A stretch of DNA of 64,000 nucleotides from Mageeibacillus sp. UBA5734 (GTDB lineage Bacteria > Bacillota > Clostridia > Saccharofermentanales > UBA5734), in contig DIGA01000117.1 in NCBI GenBank assembly GCA_002419365.1, forward strand, positions 12,261 to 76,260. The letters run 5' to 3'. This document shows positions 39,826 through 49,406 of this stretch, in pieces. Under the pieces are notes generated by a model. It was not told the DNA's origin. It was given only the letters and a program-made list of their open reading frames with translations, and searched no databases. Position 1 is the stretch's first letter. Every line of letters starts with the position of its first letter. A program made the translations under genes and the position numbers.

Positions 39826-39889
39826 CTCCAGTATTTATTTTTCAAGTTTCAATTATGGTTGACGCAAATGCGAAATAAGCATCGAAATC

Positions 39890-39919
39890 ATTCTATTAAA
39901 AACGAACGAATGTTGTCAA
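39890..39919 (-). promoter_or_regulatory. Promoter of rny with an overlapping SOS-box-like site
   Basis: TTGACA (39919-39914), 18 bp, TAGAAT (39895-39890); CGAAC-GAAT-GTTGT at 39903-39916. Confidence 0.55.
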
Positions 39920-39932
39920 TAAAAACAGCTCC

Positions 39933-40358
39933 TTATTCCGGGACGGTAAATTTTTCGTGAAGAATGCCATCGACCCTCACAACAGGACCTTTGCTGCAGC
40001 GATGCAGGCAGGAGCAAGTCCTGATTTTCATGGGTCTAGGGGCCAGACTGTGGGATGGATGAGTTGCAAGATGCTCCAGTTGAGTGAGGATGTCCCTGGC
40101 GCCTTTGGCCAAGCACGCTTTGCCGAAGCAGATTTCATAGCGGACTGGCTTTGCAACGGTATCAGGCTGGCCTGACGACAGCTGGTCATGATCACCTTTT
40201 GCAAGTTGAAACTGGACCAGTCGCAGGGCCACTGGTGGTGTAACCTGGTGTGCACGGGCAATATCACGGATGGCGGCATAGGCTGCATGGTGCTCGCCCG
40301 TATCCAGTTCCAGTTCAGACAGTGCCTGCAGGACAGCCCTTTTCTTCTTCTCTTCCAT
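39933..40358 (-). CDS. Stand-alone NuoE/HndA-like thioredoxin-fold [2Fe-2S] protein
   Basis: CFGKAC...CLHRCSKGPVVRVDG cysteine pattern. Confidence 0.8.
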   Translation of the reverse strand: MEEKKKRAVLQALSELELDTGEHHAAYAAIRDIARAHQVTPPVALRLVQFQLAKGDHDQLSSGQPDTVAKPVRYEICFGKACLAKGARDILTQLEHLATHPSHSLAPRPMKIRTCSCLHRCSKGPVVRVDGILHEKFTVPE

Positions 40359-40435
40359 CCCCTGCTCCTTTGCTTGCTTGTGATCCGGACCAGATCGACT
40401 ATAATGCTCTTATTTGAGTATAGGAGAAAACACGA

Positions 40436-41314
40436 TTGGAAATCGTCTACCTTGTTACCGACGCCGATCATGGTCTGCGTGCCGTGGATGTCCTCGTCAT
40501 GAGGACAGGCATGTCCCGCCTGATGAGCAAGCGGATCAGGCTGTATGGTGAATTGCTGAACAATGGCCGCCCCTGGCGCATGATTGATCCAGTTGAACGA
40601 GGTGATCAACTGGTTGCCCGGACTGCGGGTCATTCCGGACAACCCAGTTCACTCCGGCAACCGGCCGGAATCGATTTCATCTACCAGGATGACTGGCTGG
40701 TGATCCTGAACAAGCCTGCAGGTATTGTGGTCCATCCCACCTACCGGCATGAAACCGGAACCTTGACCGATCTTTTATCTGAACAGCCTCTGCATCCCGT
40801 GTCACGGCTTGACCGGGACACATCCGGCCTGGTGATGATTGCCAGAAATGGCCACGCCCATTATGTGGTCATGCAGCAGCCGATGAAAAAGACCTACCTG
40901 GCCCTGGTCCATGGCCGGATGCCTGAACGCCAGGGCTTGATTGACGCCCCCATCAGCAGGGATCCGGACAGCATCATCAAAAGACGTGTCGACCCGTCCG
41001 GGGCAGTTGCCCGGACGCTCTACCGGGAAGTGCACTATTTTCCGGCTGCAGCAGTTTCGACCGTGGAATTTGAACTTCTGACCGGACGGACGCACCAGAT
41101 CCGGGTTCACAGCCAGTTCGCAGGCAATCCTCTGGTCGGTGAGACGCTGTACGGCCATTCAGGAGAAGATCAGACTGACCTCGATCGTCAGCTTGGTCGC
41201 CAGGCCCTGCATGCCAGAAGCCTTGGTTTCATCCATCCTCAGACGAAAGAGCCGGTCCTGGTCCATGCACCCTTGCCATCTGACCTGCGCCAGATTCTGC
41301 ACCAGCTGTCTTGA
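40436..41314 (+). CDS. RluA-family pseudouridine synthase
   Basis: NKPAGIVVHP, VSRLDRDTSG, TGRTHQIRVH and QALHA motifs. Confidence 0.92.
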   Translation: MEIVYLVTDADHGLRAVDVLVMRTGMSRLMSKRIRLYGELLNNGRPWRMIDPVERGDQLVARTAGHSGQPSSLRQPAGIDFIYQDDWLVILNKPAGIVVHPTYRHETGTLTDLLSEQPLHPVSRLDRDTSGLVMIARNGHAHYVVMQQPMKKTYLALVHGRMPERQGLIDAPISRDPDSIIKRRVDPSGAVARTLYREVHYFPAAAVSTVEFELLTGRTHQIRVHSQFAGNPLVGETLYGHSGEDQTDLDRQLGRQALHARSLGFIHPQTKEPVLVHAPLPSDLRQILHQLS

Positions 41315-43004
41315 AAACCCGGGCTGCATCCAGCAAATGGTCGGCCAGCTGACGAGCCTTGTCATCCCCACTGCCACCGGAAAGCAACCGCATCAGTTCC
41401 GTGCTCCGCTCTTCTTCTGACAGGGTGCTGAGTGTCGTCACCGTCTGGTCTTCCCCGAATGTTTTCTGGATCAGAACATGCTGGTCAGCCATGGCAGCAA
41501 TCTGGGCCATGTGTGTGATGCAAAAGACCTGGTGATGACGGGAAATCTGGTGTAGCTTTTCTGCGACGCGGGAAGCTGTCACGCCACTGATCCCTGTGTC
41601 GATTTCATCAAAAATCAGGACGGGCGTTTCATCGGCCTGGGCCAGGATGGTCTTGATCGCCAAAAGCACCCGGGATGCTTCCCCACCGGAGGCAATCCGG
41701 GCCAAAGGTTTCAAGGGCTCACCCGGATTGGCAGAAATCAAAAACGAAACCTTGTCCAACCCGTGACGGGGGATTGGGCCTTCCTGATACTCAACAGGGT
41801 CCACCTGCACCGCAAACTGGACCCCCTTCATGCCCAGGTCCTGCAACTGGCTGGCTATCTGTTCCTCCATCAACCGGGCAAAACGCGAACGGATGTCATG
41901 GATTTTACCAGCTCTGGCTTTCAAGATTTCGATGCCCTTATCCCTTTGCTGGGTGAGCCGGGCAAACAACGTTTCGCTGTCAGACAATCGTTCATGACGA
42001 TTCCTGGCCTTTTCCAGGAACTCCAGGACCCGTTCCAAGTTGCCACCGTATTTCTTTTTCAACCGGTACAACAGGTCCAGCCGATCGTCAATCTGCTGGA
42101 GTTCGCCTGGATCGCCTTCATCCTCGAGCACCAGGTCCTGTAGCTGCTCAATCGCCAGCTGCATGGCTTCCTGAGCTTCCAGCAGCGTATCCTTGACCGC
42201 AGCAGCCTGCTTGCTGGATCTGGTGGCCGGCTCAAGAACTTGCTGGATGCGCGTCAGCCGGCTGGACAGGGACTGATCCTCCAGGCCACTGAGCTCCATC
42301 AGAGCCTGCGATGCCGACTGCAGGATCTTTTCCCGGTTGGCCAGCAATTTGTGCCGTTCTGCCAAAAGGGCTTCCTCACCCGGCTGTATCTGGGCCGATT
42401 CGATTTCCTGGATCTGGTAAGCCAGCAGATCCAGTTCACGGGCGCGCTGGGCTGGATCTTGGCCTAGGTCCTGCATCTGGTCCTTGATTTCCTGGATTTT
42501 GCTGGCTGCAGCCTGATAGAGGCCCATAGGCCCGGCCAATTCCTGGCCGGCAAAACGGTCCAGGAGACGTCGGTGATTCTGGGTGTCGAAAATTCCTTGC
42601 TGGTCGTTTTGCCCATGGATATCGATCAGACACGCAAACAACGTACGCAAGCTGCTGATGGGCACGAGCCGGCCATTGACCCGGCAGGTCGATTTTCCAG
42701 CTGTGCTGATCTCCCGCGACAGGATCAGTTCGGGATCTTCTTCTGCCGCCAGGCCAAGCTGATCTTTGAGGTCTTCTGGCAGCCGATCCCAGACATCTTC
42801 GAAAACAGCCTCGACACGCAGCCGGGATGCCGTGCGGCGCACGTAATCCCGGCCGATGCGCTCACCGGACAGCGCGCTGATTGCATCGATCAGGATCGAT
42901 TTGCCTGCGCCAGTTTCACCAGAAATGACAAACAGCCCTGAACCTGGTGTAAGAACAGCCTGGTCAATCAGAGCAAAATCGCGAATTTCAACACGATGGA
43001 GCAT
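41229..43004 (-). CDS. recN: DNA repair protein RecN
   Basis: SGETGAGKSI, DIHGQND, IASGGEASR, FDEIDTGISG and CITHMAQIAA motifs. Confidence 0.97.
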   Translation of the reverse strand: MLHRVEIRDFALIDQAVLTPGSGLFVISGETGAGKSILIDAISALSGERIGRDYVRRTASRLRVEAVFEDVWDRLPEDLKDQLGLAAEEDPELILSREISTAGKSTCRVNGRLVPISSLRTLFACLIDIHGQNDQQGIFDTQNHRRLLDRFAGQELAGPMGLYQAAASKIQEIKDQMQDLGQDPAQRARELDLLAYQIQEIESAQIQPGEEALLAERHKLLANREKILQSASQALMELSGLEDQSLSSRLTRIQQVLEPATRSSKQAAAVKDTLLEAQEAMQLAIEQLQDLVLEDEGDPGELQQIDDRLDLLYRLKKKYGGNLERVLEFLEKARNRHERLSDSETLFARLTQQRDKGIEILKARAGKIHDIRSRFARLMEEQIASQLQDLGMKGVQFAVQVDPVEYQEGPIPRHGLDKVSFLISANPGEPLKPLARIASGGEASRVLLAIKTILAQADETPVLIFDEIDTGISGVTASRVAEKLHQISRHHQVFCITHMAQIAAMADQHVLIQKTFGEDQTVTTLSTLSEEERSTELMRLLSGGSGDDKARQLADHLLDAARVFKTAGAESGAGQMARVHGPGPALSSEDG

Positions 43005-43015
43005 GGCACTGTCTC

Positions 43016-43507
43016 CTAGCCTTCAGACGGCTGGGTGGTTCCGAAACCAGGTGCGATCAGCCGGGATAGGACCTCTGCCATCTGCTGGGCCTGTTCGGAT
43101 GACCGGGTTGCGATAAAAACAGTATCATCACCAGCCAGAGTTCCGACCAGGTCAGACAGTCGCATGGAATCCAGTGCTGAAGCACAGGCCTGGGCCATGC
43201 CGGGCATGGTCTTGATCACAATCAGGTTCATCGCCAGATCCACCGAAAGGACTGATTCTGCATAGATTTTCATCAAGCGCCCGGAGATCGATTCGCCTGT
43301 GCGCTGCATGGAGACGTACTTCTGGGTCCCGGTCCCGGTCATGACCTTGACGATCCCCAGCTCTTTGATGTCGCGCGATACGGTAGCCTGGGTGACATCC
43401 ATGCCGCTCGAGCGCATGGCCAGGACCAGCTCATCCTGCGTAGAGAGATCCTTGTCCCGGATCAGCTGCAAGAGCCGGGCCTGTCGTTCAATTTTATCTG
43501 TCCTCAT
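43016..43507 (-). CDS. argR: Arginine repressor
   Basis: TQDELV, TQATVSRDIKEL and GTLAGDDT motifs. Confidence 0.96.
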   Translation of the reverse strand: MRTDKIERQARLLQLIRDKDLSTQDELVLAMRSSGMDVTQATVSRDIKELGIVKVMTGTGTQKYVSMQRTGESISGRLMKIYAESVLSVDLAMNLIVIKTMPGMAQACASALDSMRLSDLVGTLAGDDTVFIATRSSEQAQQMAEVLSRLIAPGFGTTQPSEG

Positions 43508-44364
43508 CGAGTCTTTCCCCGCAAGTGGATTTTGCCCGGCAAATCAGCAAAGAAGTGGTCCGGGCTGAGACGGATCAATTGCAGCGTCCGGTCTGCCTTG
43601 CGCACCACGACGCGATCGCCGCTGTTGAGGCAGATCTCCCTGCGGCCATCAATTGCCAGCAAAGCCTGGTAAGGATAGTCCACAATTTCGATCACAACTT
43701 CACTGGTAGATGACGTCAAATAACTCCGGTTGTGCAGCGTGTGCGGGCAGACTGGCGTGATCAGCAGCAACTCCAGCCGTGGATGGACAATCGGTCCGCC
43801 CGCTGACAGGGAGTAGGCTGTCGAACCAGTTGGCGTTGACAAGATCATGCCGTCACCGGGGATGCGTTCCAGAAAGACACCATCGATGGTCAGATCCAGT
43901 GTCAGGATGCGCGATTTGCCACCTCGAGAAATCACCGCATCATTCATGGACAGTCCAGATTCAACCAGTTGTCCCTTGGCATCGTGGACGCTGACTGACA
44001 ACATCATCCTGCGATCGATGTAATAATCACCAGATATCAGACGCTCGACCGCTTCTTCGAGATTTTCCGGCCGGATTTCCTGCAGGAATCCAACACTGCC
44101 GAGATTGACCCCAATGATGGGAATGTCCTGGCAGCCAGGCAGATGGACTGCGCTGAGAAAGGTGCCATCTCCACCCAGAACCATGATCAGGTCGCTGGTT
44201 TCATAGCTGGCAATATCTACGCCATCAATATCGGAAAATTTCTGTCCCAGGCATTGCTCGTCCACAACAGGTATCCCACCCTGGCGGACAATCAGCCTGG
44301 TCAGTTCGCGCGAGAGCAGGCAGTCTTTGTCTTTGTCTTGATTGGTATAGATCCCGATGCGCAT
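43504..44364 (-). CDS. nadK: NAD kinase
   Basis: LGGDGTFL, NLGSVGFL, MNDAVI, GDG..STPTGSTAYSLSAGGP motifs. ATG 44364 follows GGAGG. Confidence 0.95.
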   Translation of the reverse strand: MRIGIYTNQDKDKDCLLSRELTRLIVRQGGIPVVDEQCLGQKFSDIDGVDIASYETSDLIMVLGGDGTFLSAVHLPGCQDIPIIGVNLGSVGFLQEIRPENLEEAVERLISGDYYIDRRMMLSVSVHDAKGQLVESGLSMNDAVISRGGKSRILTLDLTIDGVFLERIPGDGMILSTPTGSTAYSLSAGGPIVHPRLELLLITPVCPHTLHNRSYLTSSTSEVVIEIVDYPYQALLAIDGRREICLNSGDRVVVRKADRTLQLIRLSPDHFFADLPGKIHLRGKTR

Positions 44365-44493
44365 GATGCCTCCCTTTGCAAGTCCATCGTGTGTCTTTGT
44401 TTCATCATAGCGCAAGTACGAAAAAAGGTCACCGCAAATCGTGCGTCAAAAAGCGACAGCATGCGACAAAAACCACGCTTGGATAGCCTGGAA

Positions 44494-46374
44494 TCACACC
44501 CGGACGGAACGGCTGACGAGCATTTTTGCCTGTATGGCCAGGCTCATGGCATCGAGGCCCTGGTCGGAGAGCAACTGGCTGCGCCGTCCCTGGTGCAAGG
44601 GCTCGTCACGAATCGCAGACAGGTGGAACTGGCAGTCCGGGATAGCCTGGATGACTTCGGGCAGGATCATCTGGCCGAGCGAACCTGCACAGACCGTTTC
44701 TTCGGCGACGAGGAGGGTGTGCGTTTTTTGCAGCGATACAATCAGATTCCCGTAATCAAACGGCTTGGCCCGCTGGATCGAAAGAACATCACATTCGATG
44801 CCATCCTGTGCAAGCAGTCTGGCTGCTTCCAGTGCCTCTGGAAGCAAGGTGCCGACAACTGCCAGGGTGCAGTCGCTTCCTCTGCGGACCGTCTGGATGT
44901 TGAAATCCGTGGGATCAAAGGTAGCCATGACTGTAACGGCAGCCCCTCTTGGATACCGGACCGCTGTCGGATGGTTGTTTGTCAAAGCCCGGTCCAAGGC
45001 CCGCTCCAAGGCGCGGCCATCTGCCGGGCAGAGAATCTCGATCGCCGGCAAGGTCAAGAGCAGATTCAGGTCGTAGATCCCCTGGTGGGTCTCGCCATCT
45101 TCACCTACAATGCCAGCCCTGTCAATCGCCAGGACAACTGGAAGATTCTGCAGGCAGATATCATGCAACAATTGATCATATGCCCGTTGCAGGAAGGTCG
45201 AATACAGGGCCAGGACAGGCCTCGCGCCACCGGCTGCCAGACCAGCTGCCAGGGTGGCGGCATGTTGTTCTGCAATACCAACATCATAAAAGCGATGTGG
45301 CAGGGTCTCGGCAAAAGACTTCAGTCCTGTGCCGCTGGCCATGGCAGCTGAAATGGCACAGATTTTCGGATTTTCCCTGGCCCTGGCCAGCAACGCCTGG
45401 CCAAAGATGTCGGAATAGGTCAGGCAGTCTGGCTGGCCGACCGGACAGACGCCCAGTTCAACTTCAAAAGGTGCCACGCCATGATAGATGTCAGGGGCAC
45501 TTTCTGCAAACGTGTAGCCGCGACCCTTCTGGGTGATCACATGAAGCACGACTGGACCATCCACCTCGTCGATATTGGCGAGATGGCGCTGCAAAGCCTT
45601 AAGATCGTGGCCGTCAATCGGTCCGTAATAGCGAAAGCCCAGTTGTTCAAAAAAGACGCCGGACCGTCTCAGGACCAGGCGGTCCATTTTCTTGACCTGC
45701 TGCAGGAACTGCAGCAGTCTGGGACCGACCAGTGGAATCTTGCTGATGAGTGTTTCCAATGCGGTTTTCAGATGAATGTAGCGCCGTGAAATCCTCAGGT
45801 TCTCCAGATGGCGGGCCAGGCCACCGACGTTTTTGCCGATCGACATCTGGTTGTCATTGATGATCACGACCAGGCGCGCTCCAGACATGCCAGCATCGTT
45901 GAGCGCTTCAAAAGCCATGCCACCCGTCAGGGCGCCATCCCCGATCAGGGCAATCACCCGCCCAGGTTCGTGATTGTTGGCCATGGCTCTGACCATGCCG
46001 AGTGCAGCTGAAATGGACGTGCTGCTATGGCCTGTGTCAAAAAAATCATAGGGACTTTCCGAGCGTTTGGGGAAACCTGACAGACCTGACTTCTGGCGCA
46101 GGGTATCAAACTGGTTCGCACGTCCAGTCAGGATTTTCCAGGCGTAGCTTTGGTGTCCGACATCAAACACGATCCGGTCCTTGCGGAAATCGTAAACGGC
46201 AAGCAAGGCGATCGTCAGTTCGATGACACCCAGATTCGATGCCAGATGGCCGCCAGTCGTTGAAACCTGGCTGATGATCATCTCACGCAATTCACTGGCC
46301 AGCTCTCTTTGTTCAGCCAGGGAAAGCTGCTGGATTGCTTCAGGTGAATACAGGTTTTTTAGAATCTGTCCCAT
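44494..46374 (-). CDS. dxs: 1-deoxy-D-xylulose-5-phosphate synthase
   Basis: GGHLASNLG, DVGHQSY, GHSSTS, GDGALTGG and VGIAEQHA motifs. ATG 46374 follows the ispA stop. Confidence 0.96.
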   Translation of the reverse strand: MGQILKNLYSPEAIQQLSLAEQRELASELREMIISQVSTTGGHLASNLGVIELTIALLAVYDFRKDRIVFDVGHQSYAWKILTGRANQFDTLRQKSGLSGFPKRSESPYDFFDTGHSSTSISAALGMVRAMANNHEPGRVIALIGDGALTGGMAFEALNDAGMSGARLVVIINDNQMSIGKNVGGLARHLENLRISRRYIHLKTALETLISKIPLVGPRLLQFLQQVKKMDRLVLRRSGVFFEQLGFRYYGPIDGHDLKALQRHLANIDEVDGPVVLHVITQKGRGYTFAESAPDIYHGVAPFEVELGVCPVGQPDCLTYSDIFGQALLARARENPKICAISAAMASGTGLKSFAETLPHRFYDVGIAEQHAATLAAGLAAGGARPVLALYSTFLQRAYDQLLHDICLQNLPVVLAIDRAGIVGEDGETHQGIYDLNLLLTLPAIEILCPADGRALERALDRALTNNHPTAVRYPRGAAVTVMATFDPTDFNIQTVRRGSDCTLAVVGTLLPEALEAARLLAQDGIECDVLSIQRAKPFDYGNLIVSLQKTHTLLVAEETVCAGSLGQMILPEVIQAIPDCQFHLSAIRDEPLHQGRRSQLLSDQGLDAMSLAIQAKMLVSRSVRV

Positions 46375-46375
46375 G

Positions 46376-47266
46376 TCAGTGATCCCGTTGCAGCAGGAAA
46401 TCAGCCAGCTCCTGCAAAAATGTCGTGTTATAGCCACATCCCGTTGCCGCCTGAAGAGCAGCCTTGGCCTTGAGGGTTGCTTCTTTGAGTTTGTCTTGCG
46501 CCTTTTCAAGTCCATACAGGGTGACATAGGTCGATTTCTGGTCTCTCTGGTCTTTGCCAGTTGACTTGCCCAGCTTTTTTTCCGTCGCAGTCACATCCAG
46601 GATGTCATCCTGGATCTGGAAGGCCAGGCCGAGATTTTCCGCATATGCTTTGAAATGAGCAGTCACCTCCGCTGATACGCCTGCCAGGGCACAAGCGGCC
46701 AGGACCGGAGCCAGGATCAGCTGGCCAGTCTTGAGGCTATGAAGTCGCACCAGTTCATCGGGGGCTATGATCCGGCCCTCAGCCTGCAAATCCAAAGTCT
46801 GGCCGGCAATCATGCCGGACGAACCAGCCGCCTGGGCAATGATCCGGGCAGCTTCAACCTTATTCTGGCATCCGGATGTCATGTCATCCAACATCACTTC
46901 AAATGCGCGATTCAGCAATGCATCACCAGCCAGGACAGCCAGCGCTTCACCAAATTGCTTGTGACACGTGGGCCGGCCTCGGCGCAGGTCATCATCATCC
47001 ATGCAGGGCAGATCATCATGAACCAGTGAATAAGTGTGGATCATTTCCAGGGCAGCCGAGCAGGGCAGCGCCAGCACAAGGTCCGCACCGAGACAGTCCA
47101 TCGTGGCCAGGGCGAGCACGGGCCGGATGCGCTTGCCACCGGATAGCAGGCTGTAACGCGCCGCTTGAACCACATCCCCGCCCCATGCTTTTTCCTGGGC
47201 TGGAAATGCCTTTGCGAGATAAGGTTCGATTAAATCAAGATACGCTTTGTATTGCAGTTCAAACAT
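46376..47266 (-). CDS. ispA: Farnesyl-diphosphate synthase (geranyltranstransferase)
   Basis: GGKRIRP, SLVHDDLPCMDDDDLRRGRPTCH, FQIQDDILD and GKSTGKD motifs. Confidence 0.95.
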   Translation of the reverse strand: MFELQYKAYLDLIEPYLAKAFPAQEKAWGGDVVQAARYSLLSGGKRIRPVLALATMDCLGADLVLALPCSAALEMIHTYSLVHDDLPCMDDDDLRRGRPTCHKQFGEALAVLAGDALLNRAFEVMLDDMTSGCQNKVEAARIIAQAAGSSGMIAGQTLDLQAEGRIIAPDELVRLHSLKTGQLILAPVLAACALAGVSAEVTAHFKAYAENLGLAFQIQDDILDVTATEKKLGKSTGKDQRDQKSTYVTLYGLEKAQDKLKEATLKAKAALQAATGCGYNTTFLQELADFLLQRDH

Positions 47267-47525
47267 CCTGCTCACCAAATGGTTTTTCCATGACAGTCTG
47301 GTCATCGCCAATCAACAGCTGACTGATCTGATGTTCGATGGCAGCCAGTTTATCCGCACAGATCTTGGCCAGTCCCATGCCTTCCTGAAATAAAGTCACT
47401 GACTCATCCAGAGTCGTATCTCCACTTTCCAGGCGGCCGACAATCATCTCCAGCTTGCTGAACGCTTGTTCGTAGCTGAGTTCTGGTTGTTGCACAGCTG
47501 AAGGGGTCTTGTTCAGATTTTCCAT
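47259..47525 (-). CDS. xseB: Exodeoxyribonuclease VII small subunit
   Basis: SYEQAFSKLE.IV..LESG..TLDESV.LFQEG motif. Confidence 0.93.
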   Translation of the reverse strand: MENLNKTPSAVQQPELSYEQAFSKLEMIVGRLESGDTTLDESVTLFQEGMGLAKICADKLAAIEHQISQLLIGDDQTVMEKPFGEQDV

Positions 47526-47527
47526 CC

Positions 47528-48739
47528 TCAAGAAAAGCTCCTTTCACGGATCAGTTTCACGGTACAGTCCAGGATTCCGTCACTGAGCCAGATTTCCACC
47601 GGATCACCGGTGTGGACCAGCGCTGTCGAAACCAGGCTTTTGCCCTGTGCATCCCGCGCCACAGCGTAACCGCGAGCCAGGACTTTCAAAGGGCTCAGGG
47701 CATCCAGTTTACCTGTAAGCACAGCAAAATTTCGTTCAGACCGGCTGAGCCGGGCCTGCTCGGCTGAACGCAAAGCGTTGACAAGCGCAACCAGATCACG
47801 CTGCTCCGTTTCAATCCGTTTCAGAGGCTGGGCCAGGACCGGACGGCTGAGCAGCGCATCAAGGCGCTGGTTTTCCAGCTGGCTTTTTCGACTGAGGGAA
47901 TGGTGCAGTCGATTCTCCAAACGCCTGATCTTGTCTTCTTCTTCACTGCGGACAGGCATGGCCAGTTCAGCTGCAGCAGAGGGCGTTGGAGCCCGCAAAT
48001 CCGCCACAAAATCACAAATGGTGTAGTCGGTTTCATGACCGACTGCCGAGATGACAGGGATGCTCGAACGATAGATGCTGCGGGCGACAACTTCCTCATT
48101 AAACGCCCAGAGGTCTTCCAGCGATCCACCACCTCTGCCGACAATCAGGACATCGACCGTTTGAAGATCATTGAATCGGTCAATCGCTGCCGCTATGCTG
48201 GTGGCAGCACCCTCGCCCTGGACTTGGACAGGGATCAGCTGGAGACGGAAATTGGGAAAACGGCGGCCCAGCACCTGGATGATGTCCCTGATCACAGCCC
48301 CGGACGGGGAAGTGACGACCCCGATGGCCCTGGGCAGACGGGGAATCGGTTTCTTATGGGCCGGATCAAACAAGCCTTCTGCATCGAGCCGCTTTTTCAT
48401 TTGCTCATAAGCCAGATACAAGTCACCAAGGCCATCGGCAGCCATCGCTGATACATACAGCTGGAATTTACCATCACGATCATACAAAGAGGCTTTGGCT
48501 GTCACCACCACAGCGGTCCCGTCAATGGGCTTGAAGCGCAGACGGACCGCTTGGCCTTTGAACATGACACAACTAACCTGGGCGTTCTTGTCTTTGAGCG
48601 TAAAATACAAATGGCCGGAAGCATATGCCTTCAGGCCGGAAATCTCGCCTTTGACCTGGACCGCATTGAGATGCTCATTCTTCTCCAGGTACGCTGCGAC
48701 ATAGCGATTCAGTTCGGTGACACTAATCGGCTGGCTCAT
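47528..48739 (-). CDS. xseA: Exodeoxyribonuclease VII large subunit
   Basis: GEIS, GHLYFTLKD, RGGGSLEDLWAFN, VGHETD and APTPSAAAE motifs. Confidence 0.97.
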   Translation of the reverse strand: MSQPISVTELNRYVAAYLEKNEHLNAVQVKGEISGLKAYASGHLYFTLKDKNAQVSCVMFKGQAVRLRFKPIDGTAVVVTAKASLYDRDGKFQLYVSAMAADGLGDLYLAYEQMKKRLDAEGLFDPAHKKPIPRLPRAIGVVTSPSGAVIRDIIQVLGRRFPNFRLQLIPVQVQGEGAATSIAAAIDRFNDLQTVDVLIVGRGGGSLEDLWAFNEEVVARSIYRSSIPVISAVGHETDYTICDFVADLRAPTPSAAAELAMPVRSEEEDKIRRLENRLHHSLSRKSQLENQRLDALLSRPVLAQPLKRIETEQRDLVALVNALRSAEQARLSRSERNFAVLTGKLDALSPLKVLARGYAVARDAQGKSLVSTALVHTGDPVEIWLSDGILDCTVKLIRERSFS

Positions 48740-49148
48740 CGCCAGGCTCGCCTTTCATCTGGCTGATCTTGCCCAGAACAGCATTGATGTAGTTTTTCGA
48801 TTCTTCGCTTGAATATTTCTTCGCCAGCAAGACTGCCTCGGAAATGGCTACATTGGCAGGAATGTCCGGGCGATAGGCCATTTCATAAACGGCGATCCTC
48901 AGGATGGTCAGGTCAATCCTGGGCAGACGGTCGATGGTCCAGCGCTTCAAAAGCGGGGCAATCCTCTCATCCAGGACGATTTTGTGGTCAGAAACGCCTT
49001 CGACCAGGGCCAGCAGGTAGTCCTGGTCATTTGCTCCGACGTCACGCTCCGACAGGAAATCAGCCAGCTGGCGTGTCTCATCACCCTTCTGGATTTCCAA
49101 TTGGTACAAGAACATGAACGCTTTTTCGCGTGATTCGCGACGACTCAT
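48723..49148 (-). CDS. nusB: Transcription antitermination factor NusB
   Basis: SRRESREKAF, WTIDRL, ISEAVLLAK and YINAVL motifs. Confidence 0.95.
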   Translation of the reverse strand: MSRRESREKAFMFLYQLEIQKGDETRQLADFLSERDVGANDQDYLLALVEGVSDHKIVLDERIAPLLKRWTIDRLPRIDLTILRIAVYEMAYRPDIPANVAISEAVLLAKKYSSEESKNYINAVLGKISQMKGEPGDEPAD

Positions 49149-49163
49149 GGTTGATCGATCCTT

Positions 49164-49400
49164 CTACCGGAATTTTCCCGGTGGTAAAATTTTATCAAGC
49201 AGATTGCGGAAGTCCTCGGGATTCGAAAACAGCCGGCTGCCCAGATAATAGCCACTCACAGTCATGGCCAGGATGAAAACTGTTCTCCAGAAGCCAAAAA
49301 TGACCAGTGACAGGGACAAAGATAAACCGAAACCAGCACCCACAAGCGCCGGATTCTTGTCTTTCAAGACCGAATTCAGATTTTGCCAGACACTTTTCAT
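49164..49400 (-). CDS. DUF2273-like small membrane protein
   Basis: FGFWRTVFIL..GYYLG; conserved position in asp23-amaP-DUF2273-nusB. Confidence 0.8.
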   Translation of the reverse strand: MKSVWQNLNSVLKDKNPALVGAGFGLSLSLSLVIFGFWRTVFILAMTVSGYYLGSRLFSNPEDFRNLLDKILPPGKFR

Positions 49401-49406
49401 GCCAGG

